Shown here one piece after another: positions 13,323 through 26,415 of a stretch of DNA of 64,000 nucleotides. The stretch spans positions 153,521-217,520 of the forward strand of contig JAKMXF010000363.1 of the NCBI GenBank assembly GCA_024704765.1, given 5' to 3'. The stretch is from Oopsacas minuta (taxonomy: Eukaryota > Animalia > Porifera). The first letter of the stretch is position 1; each line of letters begins with the position of its first letter. The notes beneath the pieces are model-generated. The model made no database searches, was not told the DNA's origin, and saw only the letters and a program-made list of their open reading frames with translations. The position numbers and the translations under genes were made by a program.

Positions 13323-16300
13323 ATTTGGCCAATAAGCTTGCTGCCCCTCCTCCTCTGACATAGCACACAACACTAAAATGATAATTAATAATTAATTGGT
13401 ACTAGTATAATGGGTATATACTCCATTCTAGCCAAACAGAGCCAAGTAATGCCTGTTAAGGTAGGAAACCCGGCCCGGGTTTTGATACCCGTTCATTGAA
13501 GCTCGGACTTTTGGTTGGTTTGACCGAACCGGACTCAGGCCTGTGTTCGCCCGAATGAAGGGCTTTCGAGCCTATACTTTAGGTCCCTGAATAAATGTGG
13601 AATGAAATTTCAAAAATAATTTCTTCTCATTCCAATATGCAAATGTAAATAGTTATTCCTCATATCTGGGTTGGACAAGGTGGATATCAAAGTTGATCAC
13701 AGATTTTTTAGAAGGCAGGCTTGGGGCTGCGTCTGACCGCCAAAAATCGGGACAATTCAGTATTCGCATGTATACTGGCAAATTATGAAACGAATCTGAC
13801 TAACACAACCAACTTGATAATAGGCGAACACCACTGTACATTGAATAACCAATAAATTAACTTACTATAGACTTGATCAGGTGATCCGGTAGGGAAGTAA
13901 GGGAAATAATGTACAAATTTTCTATAGTAGGGACTATAGATGCTATAGCAAGGCTCCTGAGGATAGTATCCCATGAATCGATACTCGCTAGCATTTCCAT
14001 CATTATAGTCCAGGTAGCATTCTATATAGATATATTGTGGTAGTTAGTTAGTTAGTTAGTTTGTTTGTATATTTGTTTGTTTGTTTGTTTGTTTGTTTGT
14101 TTGTTTGTTTGTTTGTTCGTTGGTTTGTTTGTTCGTTTGTTTTGTTTAGTTTGTTTATTCATTATTTATTTGTTTGTATGCATGATTTCTCATTTGCTTA
14201 CTTGATTGTTTGGTTGTTCATTGTTTATCTATTTTGTATGTGTTGGTTAGTTCATATTTATTTCTGTAATAGTATATTCGTTCATTAATTTGAATATTGT
14301 TGTTGTTGTTGTTGTTGTTTGTAATACAACTTTAGCGGAGGAAGTAAGATATTTAGGAGATTATGTTTAAGTGAGACGTAGCTTATTTTAGTATTAGTCT
14401 GGATTACAAAAATAACGATACATCTTTCTACGTTCGGACAGGTAACACACTCAAAATTGGTAGAAAAATCAGACAGTGCAAGTACTCTAATTTAATAGCT
14501 CACCTCTATCAGGTTTCTTCGGCCTTGGAACAGTTCCATCCTTTGGTTGAGCACGTTTCGTCTCCACCTGTGTAATATTATTAATTTAATAATATATGCG
14601 AATACGGAAACTCAACTTTTTAGTAATTACATTTGTATCGTGAATGAATGTGCAAGGAAAAACAAAAGCACAATAGCGAATAAACTCATTAACATAACTG
14701 TATGATTTATGGTATGTGGCAGTGGCGGATACTAGCTAGTGGGGGCCAATATTTTCGGTGAAAGTGTGATTTCATTAGTTCGTGAACAAAATATTATTCA
14801 AGCTTGATAATGATGAAGAAAGTAAACTTATGAATTGTGATCAAGTTGAAAACACAGCGATACGAAATTTTGATAATTATGTAATTTGTTTTGAGCACCC
14901 CCTCAATAATTTCCAGTGTCCGTCACTGGTATGTGGCATGAATTATAGATATACACTAGCCAAGTACAAGTGCATGTATTAAATGGATACTATAGTAAAA
15001 CCCATAAAAGATGAATACTTTTCTCGGTGCCAAATGTTATCATTGCTACAAACAGAACACCTTACATATGTGTATATTTTGACTGGTCCCCAGGGTGTTC
15101 ACTTCCTGAAGAAATTACTGTACGTTAAACCCTTTACGTGAGCTATTTGAACGGATTAACATACGTCTAAGTCAATCTCGAATTAGGACAATTGACATCA
15201 TTTGACTTGTATATAAATTTCATTATAATGAAGTATGTATTATACAAATCGCTCAATGAAGCTTTAATCGTGTAGACTATCTTGGTAATGCTAACACCAA
15301 ATGAAGATGGAAATTTGTACTTGTAAAAGTTAAAATTATCCAGTATTTCGTAGTACAGTACTCTGCTTAATATAACCACGGTTAATCGGGTCACTTGACA
15401 AGAAACAGAACCATACAAATAGTGTTAAATACTCCGGTTAATAGAACCAACACTATTAAACGGAGTCTACTGTATACTCCTAATAATTATTAATTAATTA
15501 ATATACAAAATAACCAATCTCTAAATTTATATACAGTGGAACCCGGAAATACGGTCACCCACGGGACCGAGAAAAATGGCCGTAATTGTGAAACTTGTTA
15601 ATGTCTATAGTATATTAAACGGGACTTTAAACAGTGGTTGGTATATCGAGGTGGCCGCTATTCTGGGGTGGCCGTTAAGCGGGGTTCCACTGTACGTTAT
15701 ACTTTCTGAATGCAATTAACATTCCTAAGAAATTAATACAATTTTTACAGAAATAACTTAACTAATCCCATACACTTCTCATAATAATTAAATACACTCA
15801 AAAACTTATTAAAAACTACCATCAACTTGGATACCATAAGGGGTTAAAGGAATTTAATTAAATTATTAAAGGCGGGCAAGTAATTAATGTTTAAAATATT
15901 AATAAGATTATACAAAGAATTCAATTATATAAATTACTAATACTTAAGTGAATGAAATTAAACACAAGGAAATTATCAAAGAAGTAAAGCAGTATTATCC
16001 GCACATTTGTTAGAAATATTACAGATATACAAGATGATACGAGTCTGGTGTGGCTTTTGTGGGTCTGTTTGACATGTAATTTAATAATTTTAAGCTTAGA
16101 ATAGCTAATCTAATCAAGTAAATTGATCTTATCTATCCAGTGTTATTAAAATACATATTGGCTTTGAGAAATGATATTTTATAGTGAATAATGAAATATA
16201 CTTGCGTAACGTATAATATACAAACAGACATATACAGTCAACTTTCGTTATATCGAAGCTCATGGGACCGCGATAATTACTTAGATATAATCGAAATAAT

Positions 16301-19300
16301 CTATGTTACATTTACGGTTTGAGTCATATTTGTACAAATCAAGACTTCAATATAAGCGGGTATTTCAATTTTTTCTTGTTCGATATAACAGGAATTGACT
16401 ATAAGTAAATGTAAACAGACTAACCTTCTTGCCATTAATGAAGTGAAACTGTTGACAACAAATCTCATCTACTGTGTCACACTTGTCATACGTCACAAAT
16501 CCAAATCCTAGAAATGCCAGAAGTGAAACATTACCATATATGGTTGTGTTACTTGATTGTAGAACTCATTTTGTGATTTTGTAGAATGTAGAGTTATTTT
16601 CCTGAGGTACCATTATTCGAATAATGGATTTTTGGTTTACAAATTTTGTTATATAATCTGCCAGTGGCGGCGCTACTGGTGGGCACAGGTTATTAAACGG
16701 TGGCATACTTACATAAATTAGGTGAGCCTCACCCTCGCGTCGCCTCTGATAATCTGCTAGCAATTTTATAATTATCGTATACACTAGAACTCGGGTAATA
16801 CGAATACACACTATCTAAGTGTACGTCTAATCCGAATAGTGAAAGTATCATAATGTACAGGAAGTGATTGTTGTTTAAAAGAAGGAGTAAAATATCAAGC
16901 GAATATATATCTTATCCGAGTATACTACTGTCATTGGTTAGCAGCTATCATGGTGAATACATACATAAATATACATTGAGTGTGACATACCTTTGTGCTT
17001 ATTCGTTGACTTGTCGAAGATAAGCATAGCCTCTACTATCTGTGTAATATAATAAAGTTAATAATGAATATTTTCAGTAGATGGGGGTATGAAATTCGTA
17101 ACCATCGAAATAGGCCATTCCTTTAATGTCATTCCATGAAAATGAGGGATAAACTGATAAAAATAGAACTCAACATTTTAATAATCTGAGCAAGAAAATA
17201 CCAACTGACTGACCATTCGGGAATAGATATACAGTGTAGCTTTCATAAACGGGGGAGGCAGATACGCCGAAAAATTTGGAGATTCGTTTGTGGAGATTCA
17301 TTACTTTACTATAGGACTAGGAATTCAGTATATTTCTCACTCCATATCCAGGAGTTCCCCGTCACTACAGGCGTTTGTGAAGTTACACTATACTAGAGTT
17401 TCACGATGCATATTTTCGTCTTGGGGATATTAATTTCCAAATTTGTTGATGCATTAGAAGATGTGTATAATAAATTACGTCATGAAACTAAACAGATTAT
17501 TACTTACATTCCCAAAATCTTTGAAATAATCGTATACATCATCTTGACTCGTGTCAGATGAAATTCCACCTACGAATAGCTTCTTCGTCTAACAAGAAAC
17601 ATAAACACTCATAAATAGTTACAAGTATAAGCATCAATAGTTTGTATTTTGTCTGTCGAATTTTTTAAGAGATCGGATTAGTGTATCAAAAGATGTGCCA
17701 TTTTTTATCACCTCTCCCATACAAACCAATCCATTTTAATTCGTATACGAGCCTTTGGCTCGTCGCTTCCCGATGAACTCGTCGCATTGCGCCTCGAGGT
17801 ATCCATTATTCTCCAAATTGACGGTCTCATTGAGTATTATAATATAAATATATTTAGAACAATGTAATTCACAAATATACGTATATGGTATATATGTTAT
17901 TGAATTATTCTGTATGATCAACCCCATTCGTAGCCGTTGAGAGCAAGTATCTACGTAAATTTTGAGATTTTACTAATTTCTACTTACATTACTCCAGACC
18001 CCAACTAAATCACGGGGCATTCAGCTTGAGCTCACAAGATTTCAAGCAGCACAACGCAACTGAATAGGTAGTGGATGACATGTGGGACTGCGTTTATAGC
18101 CAAATAATATACTCAAGCAGGATTAACTATATATATATACACAGATTTAATATATTATATTACTCACTCTTCTAGCAGTTATTTTCTTAGGGATTGCTCT
18201 CTTTGGGTCAATCTAAATAAATATTGGAAAAAGAATAAATCGACATAAACAGATAACTCAATTGCTTTTGTGTGTGTTTCAAATTACACAATTATAACTT
18301 AATAATAATCTCTTAATAGAATTAAGATTATTAACAAAATTCCTGAGGAAACTATAAACGTCACTCAAATAACTGAATTAATATGAACATATGTGATGTA
18401 TGATAAAGGTTGCAAACGGCTTGCTTGTATTGTATGATGAAATATATAGTGACATACCAGCATATTTAATGCAATCAAAATTATTACATTTCATAGACAA
18501 GCAGATAAGCTTAAATAACAATTAATACAATAAAACTCTACATAAATGGGACAAAGGTTGGGAGCGATGAATGGACAACAAAAATGATTAATAATAATAT
18601 ACTAGCATGATGAACTTCACCGCGTTTTCTATAATTTTATCTGTCATAATTATTACTAGTATTATTCCAGGTAATCTCATTTTGGTGACGTAACACGCTC
18701 CTTACGAGATCCAAATACTTGGATTTATGTGCTAAAGGATCAATTCGTATACCTAAGTGGGACAATTTATGTAAAAAGGATTCTGATTGAAAACAGTCGA
18801 ATTCGAAATATTTTGCCACAAACAAACCCCGCGAAAGTTACCAATTATAATAGTATAATGAGATATATTGGACATACCTTCTTTCTGTTAAGCACTATTG
18901 GCTCTCTCTCATGTTCATTCAACACGCGATCCACTGATGCAGCATCTGCAAATGTGACGAAACCGAATCCTCTATCAAATATAAAGATGATTGAAAATGA
19001 CCATCACGTAAGTAGTAAGTAATAAATTTGATTGATGTGTAATTACTGCTATCATCACTATTATACGTATTTGTTGATTAGAAATTTATTAGTTCAATCG
19101 TTTGTTGATATTCTAAATTCAATTTATATTATTGAATTGCAATTGTCTGTTTGTCAGTTGCCAAAGTAAGGTCGTATTATGAAATTTATGTTTGACAATT
19201 CGACCTTTCCTTGGCAACAGGCAGACTGATTTGCTAATTATTCGAGATAATGAATCAATTTAACAAATATTTAATTGTGTGTTGCAGTCGACTCCTGGTA

Positions 19301-22300
19301 TATCGAAGCTCAAGTGACCACGATAATCACTTCGATATATCCATGTTCGATAATCGATATAACTGGAGTTGACTGTAAGCATATACAACTTAATATGGAG
19401 TTCGCAAGAGGAAAGTTTCCACGAAAAGTGCTAAGCAAAACTTGCAATAATTTCATTCTTATTATGGAAGTATACTTACCAACTGAACTCTATTGAAGGA
19501 CTATGTCATTTAGAAATATTGTCGGTAATCATGATAAAAATAATAAGAGTAACTTTGGTGCAATTCACAAACTAGAGATTCCGCAGAATAATAGTCAGTT
19601 GACATATGACGGAGTTGACGCCTGATTCAAATAAGTTATCATAAAATAGTAATTGGAACTTAGCAACTCTCAAAGACTAAGAATAGATATTTGTTGTTTA
19701 TGTAAGTTTTTGGGTGCAATTCAACAACAATTCGAATTTATAATGTCAAAAACAAGTTAGACAAAATAGCTAAAAACCGGTAATCATTATCAAATGGGGT
19801 AAAGTCACGAACCTCTCCATGTATACAGGGGATTCGGTGGAATTTCAAAAGGTTCAAATGTTAGGAACTCATAATTTCCAACCCTCCAGGATTATCCAAG
19901 GGTTTTACAAGAATTCAAGGATGTTGCAAATTTATGTGTATTTTTCCAAATAATTTCCTGAAGTTGCTATATATGGATGTAAACTTGGAAATCCAGGAAA
20001 ATTAGTATTTGGGCTTGGTAAGTATGGGAACTTTACCATATATATACAGTGGACTCAGCTTAGTTCGTTCGATTCAGTCAATTTGTCTTAATCAGGGTAA
20101 GTTCCTGATTAAACAAACTACAGTCAGGGCCTCTTATTGTGAACACCCACGGGACCCAAAATCTTGTTCATACTATAGAGACATCACATTATGGGAACTT
20201 AACACGAATAACGAATTATATGGGAATGATAATAATGAGGAAAGTAGCTTGGTTAATTACTTCATAATAAGAGACACGGACTAAATTGTAATAATACCTA
20301 TGGACAGGATATTTCGTGGATAAGTTTACCGGTTAAACAGCAGTTATAATCTATAATTACTTAATTAGTAAACGTTCATTTGACATTATAGTTAATGATA
20401 TTGTGTATACATTTATGAAATATATTTACCTCGATCGCTTTGTTAGACTGTATTTCATTACTACGACTTCACTAATTTCTCCAAACCTGGAAAACACACG
20501 GTTGAGTTCATCTAAAATATATCAAAAATAAATATATTACCTGTATTAGAATATATTACCTGTATTAGAATATATTCAAAAGTTACAAAATTATATTATT
20601 TAATTTTTCCGTAAGGCAACAGTTAGAGCCTTTATATTCTTAGAAAGTGATTTCTCGTAGTGCTAACCAGGCTATTCCTGGAAGCAATTTGTTGAGAAGG
20701 GGGTTTTTGGGGATACAAATTTGTATTAGCTTCTAAGGGAATTTACAAGCGGTCTACAATTAGATAGCTCTAATTCAGAGGTGCCCAACTAGATTTAATT
20801 GCGGGCCACATGGACCAATTTATAAATCTCAGATGTATTTTGAGAAAATTCATTGGAATATCCAAATTTCTACCCCTCGATATCAACTTTCCTTTTCTTA
20901 GAACAAGGCTCCATTAATATAAATGATATCTATATTCTACAGGTAATTTGGGAGATGAGTAAACGCAGTATCTGAATTTCAATTATAAGCTTAGAATTAT
21001 TCTAGTTTATATTTATACACCGCTACGGATTATTATTACTAAACACATGCACCTGTCGTGTATTGAAAATGAATAAGAATCCTCAAAATGTCAAATATAA
21101 TGAAATTTGACACCCAGTATGAATGCTATAGAAATGTGGCTCAGGAATTATTCATGAATAATTAGTATATATTACAAAGTGCAAATTCTTAGTGCATGCT
21201 TGCGCGGGCCGTATGTTGGGCACCCCTGCTCTAAATTGATATTCTCGTCTCTTATACGGCATTATTAAAAATAATCTCTAATGAATGCAATCGTATTTAC
21301 AGTATCCTTGGATACCTTTCAACTATCTCTTGTTTATGGCCTTGGAAGGGTGTAGGCAATGAGCCAACATATCGTGTGTGGCGATCCATCAAAGTCAAGC
21401 AATTAATTAGATCACTTTTTGTATTTCAAATTTCAAAGTGAAACTAAAACGTATTAATTGGTCATTTTAAGATCATTATTAGAATCCAATAAGAAAATCC
21501 GCGCCAGAACAAAATTTAATATATTTATAGATTTAGTTAGGAAATTAGCTCTCATTAAAATGAATTTATTATTGAAGGATAATATAATTCTACTCGCTAG
21601 AAGTGAGCTTAAGATATGTGTTATAATTATAGACAGGATATGGTTGATGAGAATTCAGTAAATTAATGATGATTAAAATTGATCTGAAACCTAATGACGA
21701 GTACAGATTAGTAGTACTTTTAAGAAATAAGTTTGGAGTACCAGAACTAAATGTAATGATAGAATATAATGAAAAGAACCAGACTGACTCAGGTTTTAGC
21801 TTTTGGCGACTTATCAAAAGCGTATTGGTTTATAAATAAACACTTCTTGAAATATATGTTTGAAAATTGCAAAAAGAATTGTGACAGCCCGCGAAAGTAT
21901 CAAGGAAGCGAAGTGAATAGTGTAAAGAGGGAGTTTCAAGTGTGGTAAATATCTCGTGACCTTCCGAAGTGTCCCTTAATGTGAATTAACAACATTATGC
22001 CCGGTCACAGGGAGGTTAGAGGCTTTGCTCACGCCAAAAAATGCAATTTTCTAGAAATTCAGTCATCCTTCTGTCAATGTAATCATCTTTCAATTAGAAA
22101 ATATTCAAATGACACTGTAATATGAAATGGTAAAGTTCAAAGATCCAAGAATATAATGATAACATGAAATATAGAACAAAATTGTCAAAAACATTATAAT
22201 CTCAGAACTAATAAATATTACTTTTACGAGGGACGGTGTATATGGATAAATTGAGAGGGCGAAAAAGTAACGGGAAAATGTAAACAAAGGGGTAGGCATT

Positions 22301-23500
22301 AGTGAATGTATCTCATGGCGAATTGTGAATTTTATAGCCACATAAATCAAAAGAAAAAACCGATACAGAAATACATTTCAAGCATAAAACGGGTAATTAT
22401 ATTGGCCCAATAAAATGATAATATTGCTTTTAGAAGTTCTCAATGATGACTGATTAGGCCACGCAAAATACATTACTTGTTTCTCATCCATCTCTTTCTG
22501 CGAAATAGGGGCGGGGAGCGGGGGGCGGCTATTATTCTTATTTTTTGGTTAGCGTCATTTTACTAATTTATTTAAACTATCTCGTTAATACGAAATTCTG
22601 ATAAGACTAACAATATTCGTACATAATCAGGTCCCTACAATCGTACTTCAATGGATATTACTCCGGTTTATGAACTCCGGAAAGGCGAATAAATTTTAAC
22701 CTTACGGACGGTCCATTGGTGTTCGTATTAAGCTTACACTGTATATGGAAAACTAATATTCACTTCCTCTCTATAATCTGAATTATTGTACAATTATATG
22801 AGAGAATTATAATTCGCAGTTCGCATAAACGACTCAAACTATCTTTCTATGCTTTAAATGTAAAATGAAATTCTGGTATATGTGCCATACAGGGAGGGGT
22901 GTTTGGGCCTGACTCGGACAGGTTTGAGTCTTGGACGAAAATTCACACCTGACAAAATTATGATGCCATTGCCACCTTTTTGAATTTTCGAAAAATCACA
23001 TGATTAGCCACACTGCTCAGCGATCTAGCAAGCGAAGGGCGCTAGTGTTAAATAATTAGCTTGTTTCGAAGATGCTCATCTGTGAATATAAGTATTAAAT
23101 AAAGATATGTAATAAAATATAATAAATTGCCGAGGAGGGAGATTAAATGGGGCAGGCGGGGATGATAAACAAGTATATTATTCATTAATAATTGTTTGCA
23201 TATTTTCTAAATATATTTTGTGAATAATTAGGCGATTAAAGATGGAATTATGTTTGATTTGAGAACTTGAATATTCATAACTACAGAACTGCATGAGGGA
23301 TTGAGAAATAATTAGAGGTAGAAGTTAGCTGCGAAAACTACAGTTCAAATCAGCTGTTTATAAAATGCATTGCGTTAAGTTCAAAATGAAAAAATGAACA
23401 AAATTAACTCACCATCACTAGTGCTGTAGGGTAGACCTCCTACAAAGATTTTCGAAGCATCCCCATAGTCAAAGTTGGGAGATCGCTCATTAACTGGCAT
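13323..23500 (-). CDS. MSI: Musashi-like RNA-binding protein (two RRMs), multi-exon
   Basis: GT-AG exons read by hand: 23500-23413 (MPVNERSPNFDYGDASKIFVGGLPYSTSD), 20512-20430 (DELNRVFSRFGEISEVVVMKYSLTKRSR after removing one T), 18971-18878 (GFGFVTFADAASVDRVLNEHEREPIVLNRKK), 18212-18168 (IDPKRAIPKKITARR), 17588-17508 (TKKLFVGGISSDTSQDDVYDYFKDFGN), 17039-16991 (IVEAMLIFDKSTNKHK), 16507-16425 (GFGFVTYDKCDTVDEICCQQFHFINGKK), 14567-14504 (VETKRAQPKD...), 14021-13866 (Tyr-rich) and 13372-13323. Phases are compatible except for the 1-nt excess in exon 2. The C-terminal end was not determined. Confidence 0.9.
14720..14928. mobile_element. hAT-type MITE
   Basis: Termini CAGTGGCGG...CCGTCACTG; perfect 8-bp TSD GTATGTGG (14712-14719 and 14929-14936). 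Confidence 0.8.
15534..15692. mobile_element. Tc1/mariner (pogo-type) MITE
   Basis: TA|CAGTGGAACCC...GGGTTCCACTG|TA. Confidence 0.85.
16235..16401. mobile_element. pogo/Tigger-like MITE (related copy at 19285-19375)
   Basis: CAGTCAACTTTCGTTATATCGAAGCTCA...TTCGATATAACAGGAATTGACTA with TA flanks. The 19285 copy reads CAGTCGACTCCTGGTATATCGAAGCTCA...CGATATAACTGGAGTTGACTG|TA. Confidence 0.7.
16662..16748. mobile_element. Short MITE with a 9-bp target duplication
   Basis: CAGTGGCG...CGCCTCTG termini flanked by ATAATCTGC on both sides (16653-16661 and 16749-16757). Confidence 0.7.
20776..21228. mobile_element. hAT-type MITE
   Basis: CAGAGGTGCCCAAC...GTTGGGCACCCCTG; TSD CTCTAATT/CTCTAAAT (7/8 match). 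Confidence 0.75.
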
Positions 23501-24512
23501 TTTTTCTAACAACAACGTGCAGATAATAATAAGTAATATAGGACTAAAACTATGCAGGTGCCAAAAAGGAAAAAATATAAAGTTTCAAGCTTTATATAGT
23601 CAAAAGGGTTCACTGAAATTTGATATTTTTCCTATCATCAGCCTTGGGTACAATTGCAGAATCTTACACCCCCCAACTATTTTAATGTGGTCAAAAATTC
23701 CTATATGCACCGTTCAAGAGCTCGTTGAGAAGAGTTGATAGAGCTAAGAACTCCAAAATCGGAATAAAATCGACAAAGTTACGAAAAATTTACTTCCTAA
23801 GCCAAATCCTATGATGGGGGAGAATTTATTACTCACTATAGTCAAATTGTATTGATTTATACATTACAATTACCATAGGAATGCTCATACTGTTGATATT
23901 GCGGTTATACACGCGTGTTACTCTACTCTTTCATGCTCATTTGTTTGCTATCCAGTGTATTTCACTGCAGGTAATTATTCTTGTTACTTTAAAGGAAAGC
24001 AGGTCACAAGATAATGCTGTCTGCAACACTAAATATTATACAGTACAACATTGCATTTAATATTTCATACAGTGGCACCTCGATAATTCGAACCTAGTTA
24101 ATGGAATTCCCGATATGACGCATTATTTGCATATATTCTGTTACCTTTAATCGTAGTTCAATTTGTATTACTCCGGCCTTGGCAAACCAATTTTGATCTT
24201 TCGTTTGTGTTCGTATCAATGTTAGAAACAATTCATGTACTATTTAATCGCATAGTTATTGATCCAGCTTCTCTCCAGGTGCCTTAGTAATGTTGGAACA
24301 ACTTATGATAGTGGACAGAGTATTATATATATGACACCTCATGGCTGGATATAATACTATGGGTAGTAGTTATATTTGGAGTAACTAATTAGTATTAAGC
24401 TTTCTATCTACTACTTTAACTACAAATCTACAATATAACAAGTACTGCTACAAAAGAAACACCAAAGCAGAAGTATGATACTAATTACAGGTTACTGATA
24501 ACTATCAAAACA

Positions 24513-25075
24513 GTTAGACAACTGGATATTGTTTCCTTATTTCCATGATAAGGTTGGAGAAACTACCTCGTCCATATTCTTTCTGCCAACAAACTTCAGA
24601 TAAGTGAGTATCTAAAAGTACGGGGTTAGTAGTCATGCAATTCCTCAGCCGTTTCTCCGCACCACCCCATATACTCTCAGCTGTTTGTGTATGTACGCTT
24701 GTAGTAGGGTCAACAAAATTGAAACTATGGTTGACGGTGAGAGGCTGAAACTTGCAGCAGGGATAGAATTATACGAAGTATGATAGTGCCCAGAAGAATA
24801 TATCTCTGGACTAGAGGAATTAATGTTGCAGCCGACCTGTCTTGATCAGGTATCATAAAGGTATCTTTTGTCTCTCAATCTATTCCTCCAAGTACCCATT
24901 GACCTGATAGCATACGACCTCTTGAATACTTTCGATGTCCAAACTTTGATTCATCTATTTCTACAATATGCCCAGGCCCTCCAATTGTTTGAGGATTGAC
25001 TAAAAAATCTTCAACACATAGGTCTCTGAGGGAGTTCTTCCAGTCTGTTATAGTAGGCTCTCCCCACCCAGATTC
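24513..25075 (-). pseudogene. Merlin (IS1016/ISXO2-like DDE) transposase fragment
   Basis: Hand translation gives TDWKNSLRDLC...QTIGGPGHIVEIDESKFGHRKYSRGR...QWV, HLTVNHSFNFVDPTT and LDTHLSEVCWQKEYG...EIRKQYP*, all diagnostic Merlin motifs; frameshifts and stops are present. Confidence 0.85.
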
Positions 25076-25084
25076 TTGTTGATT

Positions 25085-25965
25085 CGAAATGTACTGATAA
25101 TTCTATAAAGAAGCCTCTATCTTTACGATCATCATTTTTCCTATGATAGAAATTGAGTATATTCGGCCAGTTTAGTACCCTTTTACTTTCTAGTACTTGA
25201 TATACAGAAAAATCATAGTTTGACCCTGACATCTGTGTAAATACTCCAAAATGGTGTTCAAATGGATTATTTTGTATAAAAGATGATAATACATAAGAGA
25301 ATCCACATTCTCCAGTCATATATTCTACAAGTTTTGGTAGAGCAATGCTTGAAACTATCTTGTACAGAAAATAGCTCTTTGTTGTCAGATGGACGATGCT
25401 AATTGCATCAACCATATTCCAAACTTCCCATTCTTGGAGGATCTCTACGTCACATTATTTAGTGTTTATGTCATCGAAGCTATAGACGATGAATTTCCTC
25501 TGCTCTCCTTCAAATACATCAACGCACTGTTCAGTTGCCTATATAGTACAATACCATAAAACATATAATACTACAAGTCGAGTATTTGACACAACTTGAC
25601 ATACTTGGATCTGTAATCACGATCTAATTGTCTCTATCAAGCCTTGGATATTTAATAGCGTGATCTTTAAGACGATCAGGGTAACCAGGAAGATATTTAG
25701 GAATTGGACATTTCTTCAATGTAGCCTCTATTGATCGTATCTTCGTTTGGCCATCAGTTTCAGGATAAGTTTGCTTTGTCAACTATATCATCAGAATCAA
25801 AGTGCTTAGCAGAAACCAAAATGTTTTCATTGTGTGAAGATCTATAATATAATTCATAATTACGTAATGATAAATTAATCCTCAATCGTAGAATTATCAC
25901 TTAATTTATATCCAAGTTCTAAAGAAATACATAACATATCTATGAAGAAATCGTTTCTACTAATG
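25085..25965 (-). pseudogene. Internally deleted P-element transposase remnant (THAP piece plus catalytic C-terminal piece)
   Basis: GFSYVLSSFIQNNPFEHHFGVFTQMSGSNY resembles the P-transposase QDxLExxFxxxRxxxGxN motif; ILVSAKHFDSDDIV...LKKCPIPKYLPGYP resembles the C-terminal part of a THAP domain. Confidence 0.65.
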
Positions 25966-26252
25966 AACGATATCTTGGGGCCCTGAAGGAATGTGAAACA
26001 CTGCAACATCAGTATGATCATGCTAGTATCCAGTGGTACATTAGTGGAAACGATTTCTTCATAGATATGTTATGTATTTCTTTAGAACTTGGATATAAAT
26101 TAAGTGATAATTCTACGATTGAGGATTAATTTATCATTACGTAATTATGAATTATATTATAGATCTTCACACAATGAAAACATTTTGGTTTCTGCTAAGC
26201 ACTTTGATTCTGATGATATAGTTAACACCCAAACTCATCTTGAAACTGATGG
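25751..26252. repeat. Hairpin with ~215-bp arms and a ~75-bp loop (second copy ~47378-47886)
   Basis: ccatcagtttc...tttctactaatg (25751-25965) is the reverse complement of cattagtggaaa...gaaactgatgg (26039-26252). Confidence 0.9.
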
Positions 26253-26285
26253 ATCTACATAGTAGTGTTATTGTTGTTAGAGAAG

Positions 26286-26415
26286 ATGCCTATTATTGAG
26301 AATCGGTCCACTGACTTTGACTATGGGAATGAAGGTTATTATCGAAAATTGAAACCATTTGTGAAAGACACAGCGAAAATCTTTGTAGGAGGTCTACCCT
26401 ACAGCACTAGTGATG
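26286..26415 (+). pseudogene. Inverted copy of Musashi exon 1 (long variant)
   Basis: ATG...MPIIENRSTDFDYGNEGYYRKLKPFVKDTAKIFVGGLPYSTSD G|GTGAGT; no downstream RRM exons were found on the plus strand. Confidence 0.75.

Noticed and set aside
14061-14288. Hydrophobic ORF MFVYLFVCLFV...
   Set aside because: Translation of a (GTTT)n microsatellite within a Musashi intron.
21370-21430. SDLINCLTLMDRHT as the missing Musashi exon 2
   Set aside because: No suitable splice sites; the exon at 20512-20430 fits far better.
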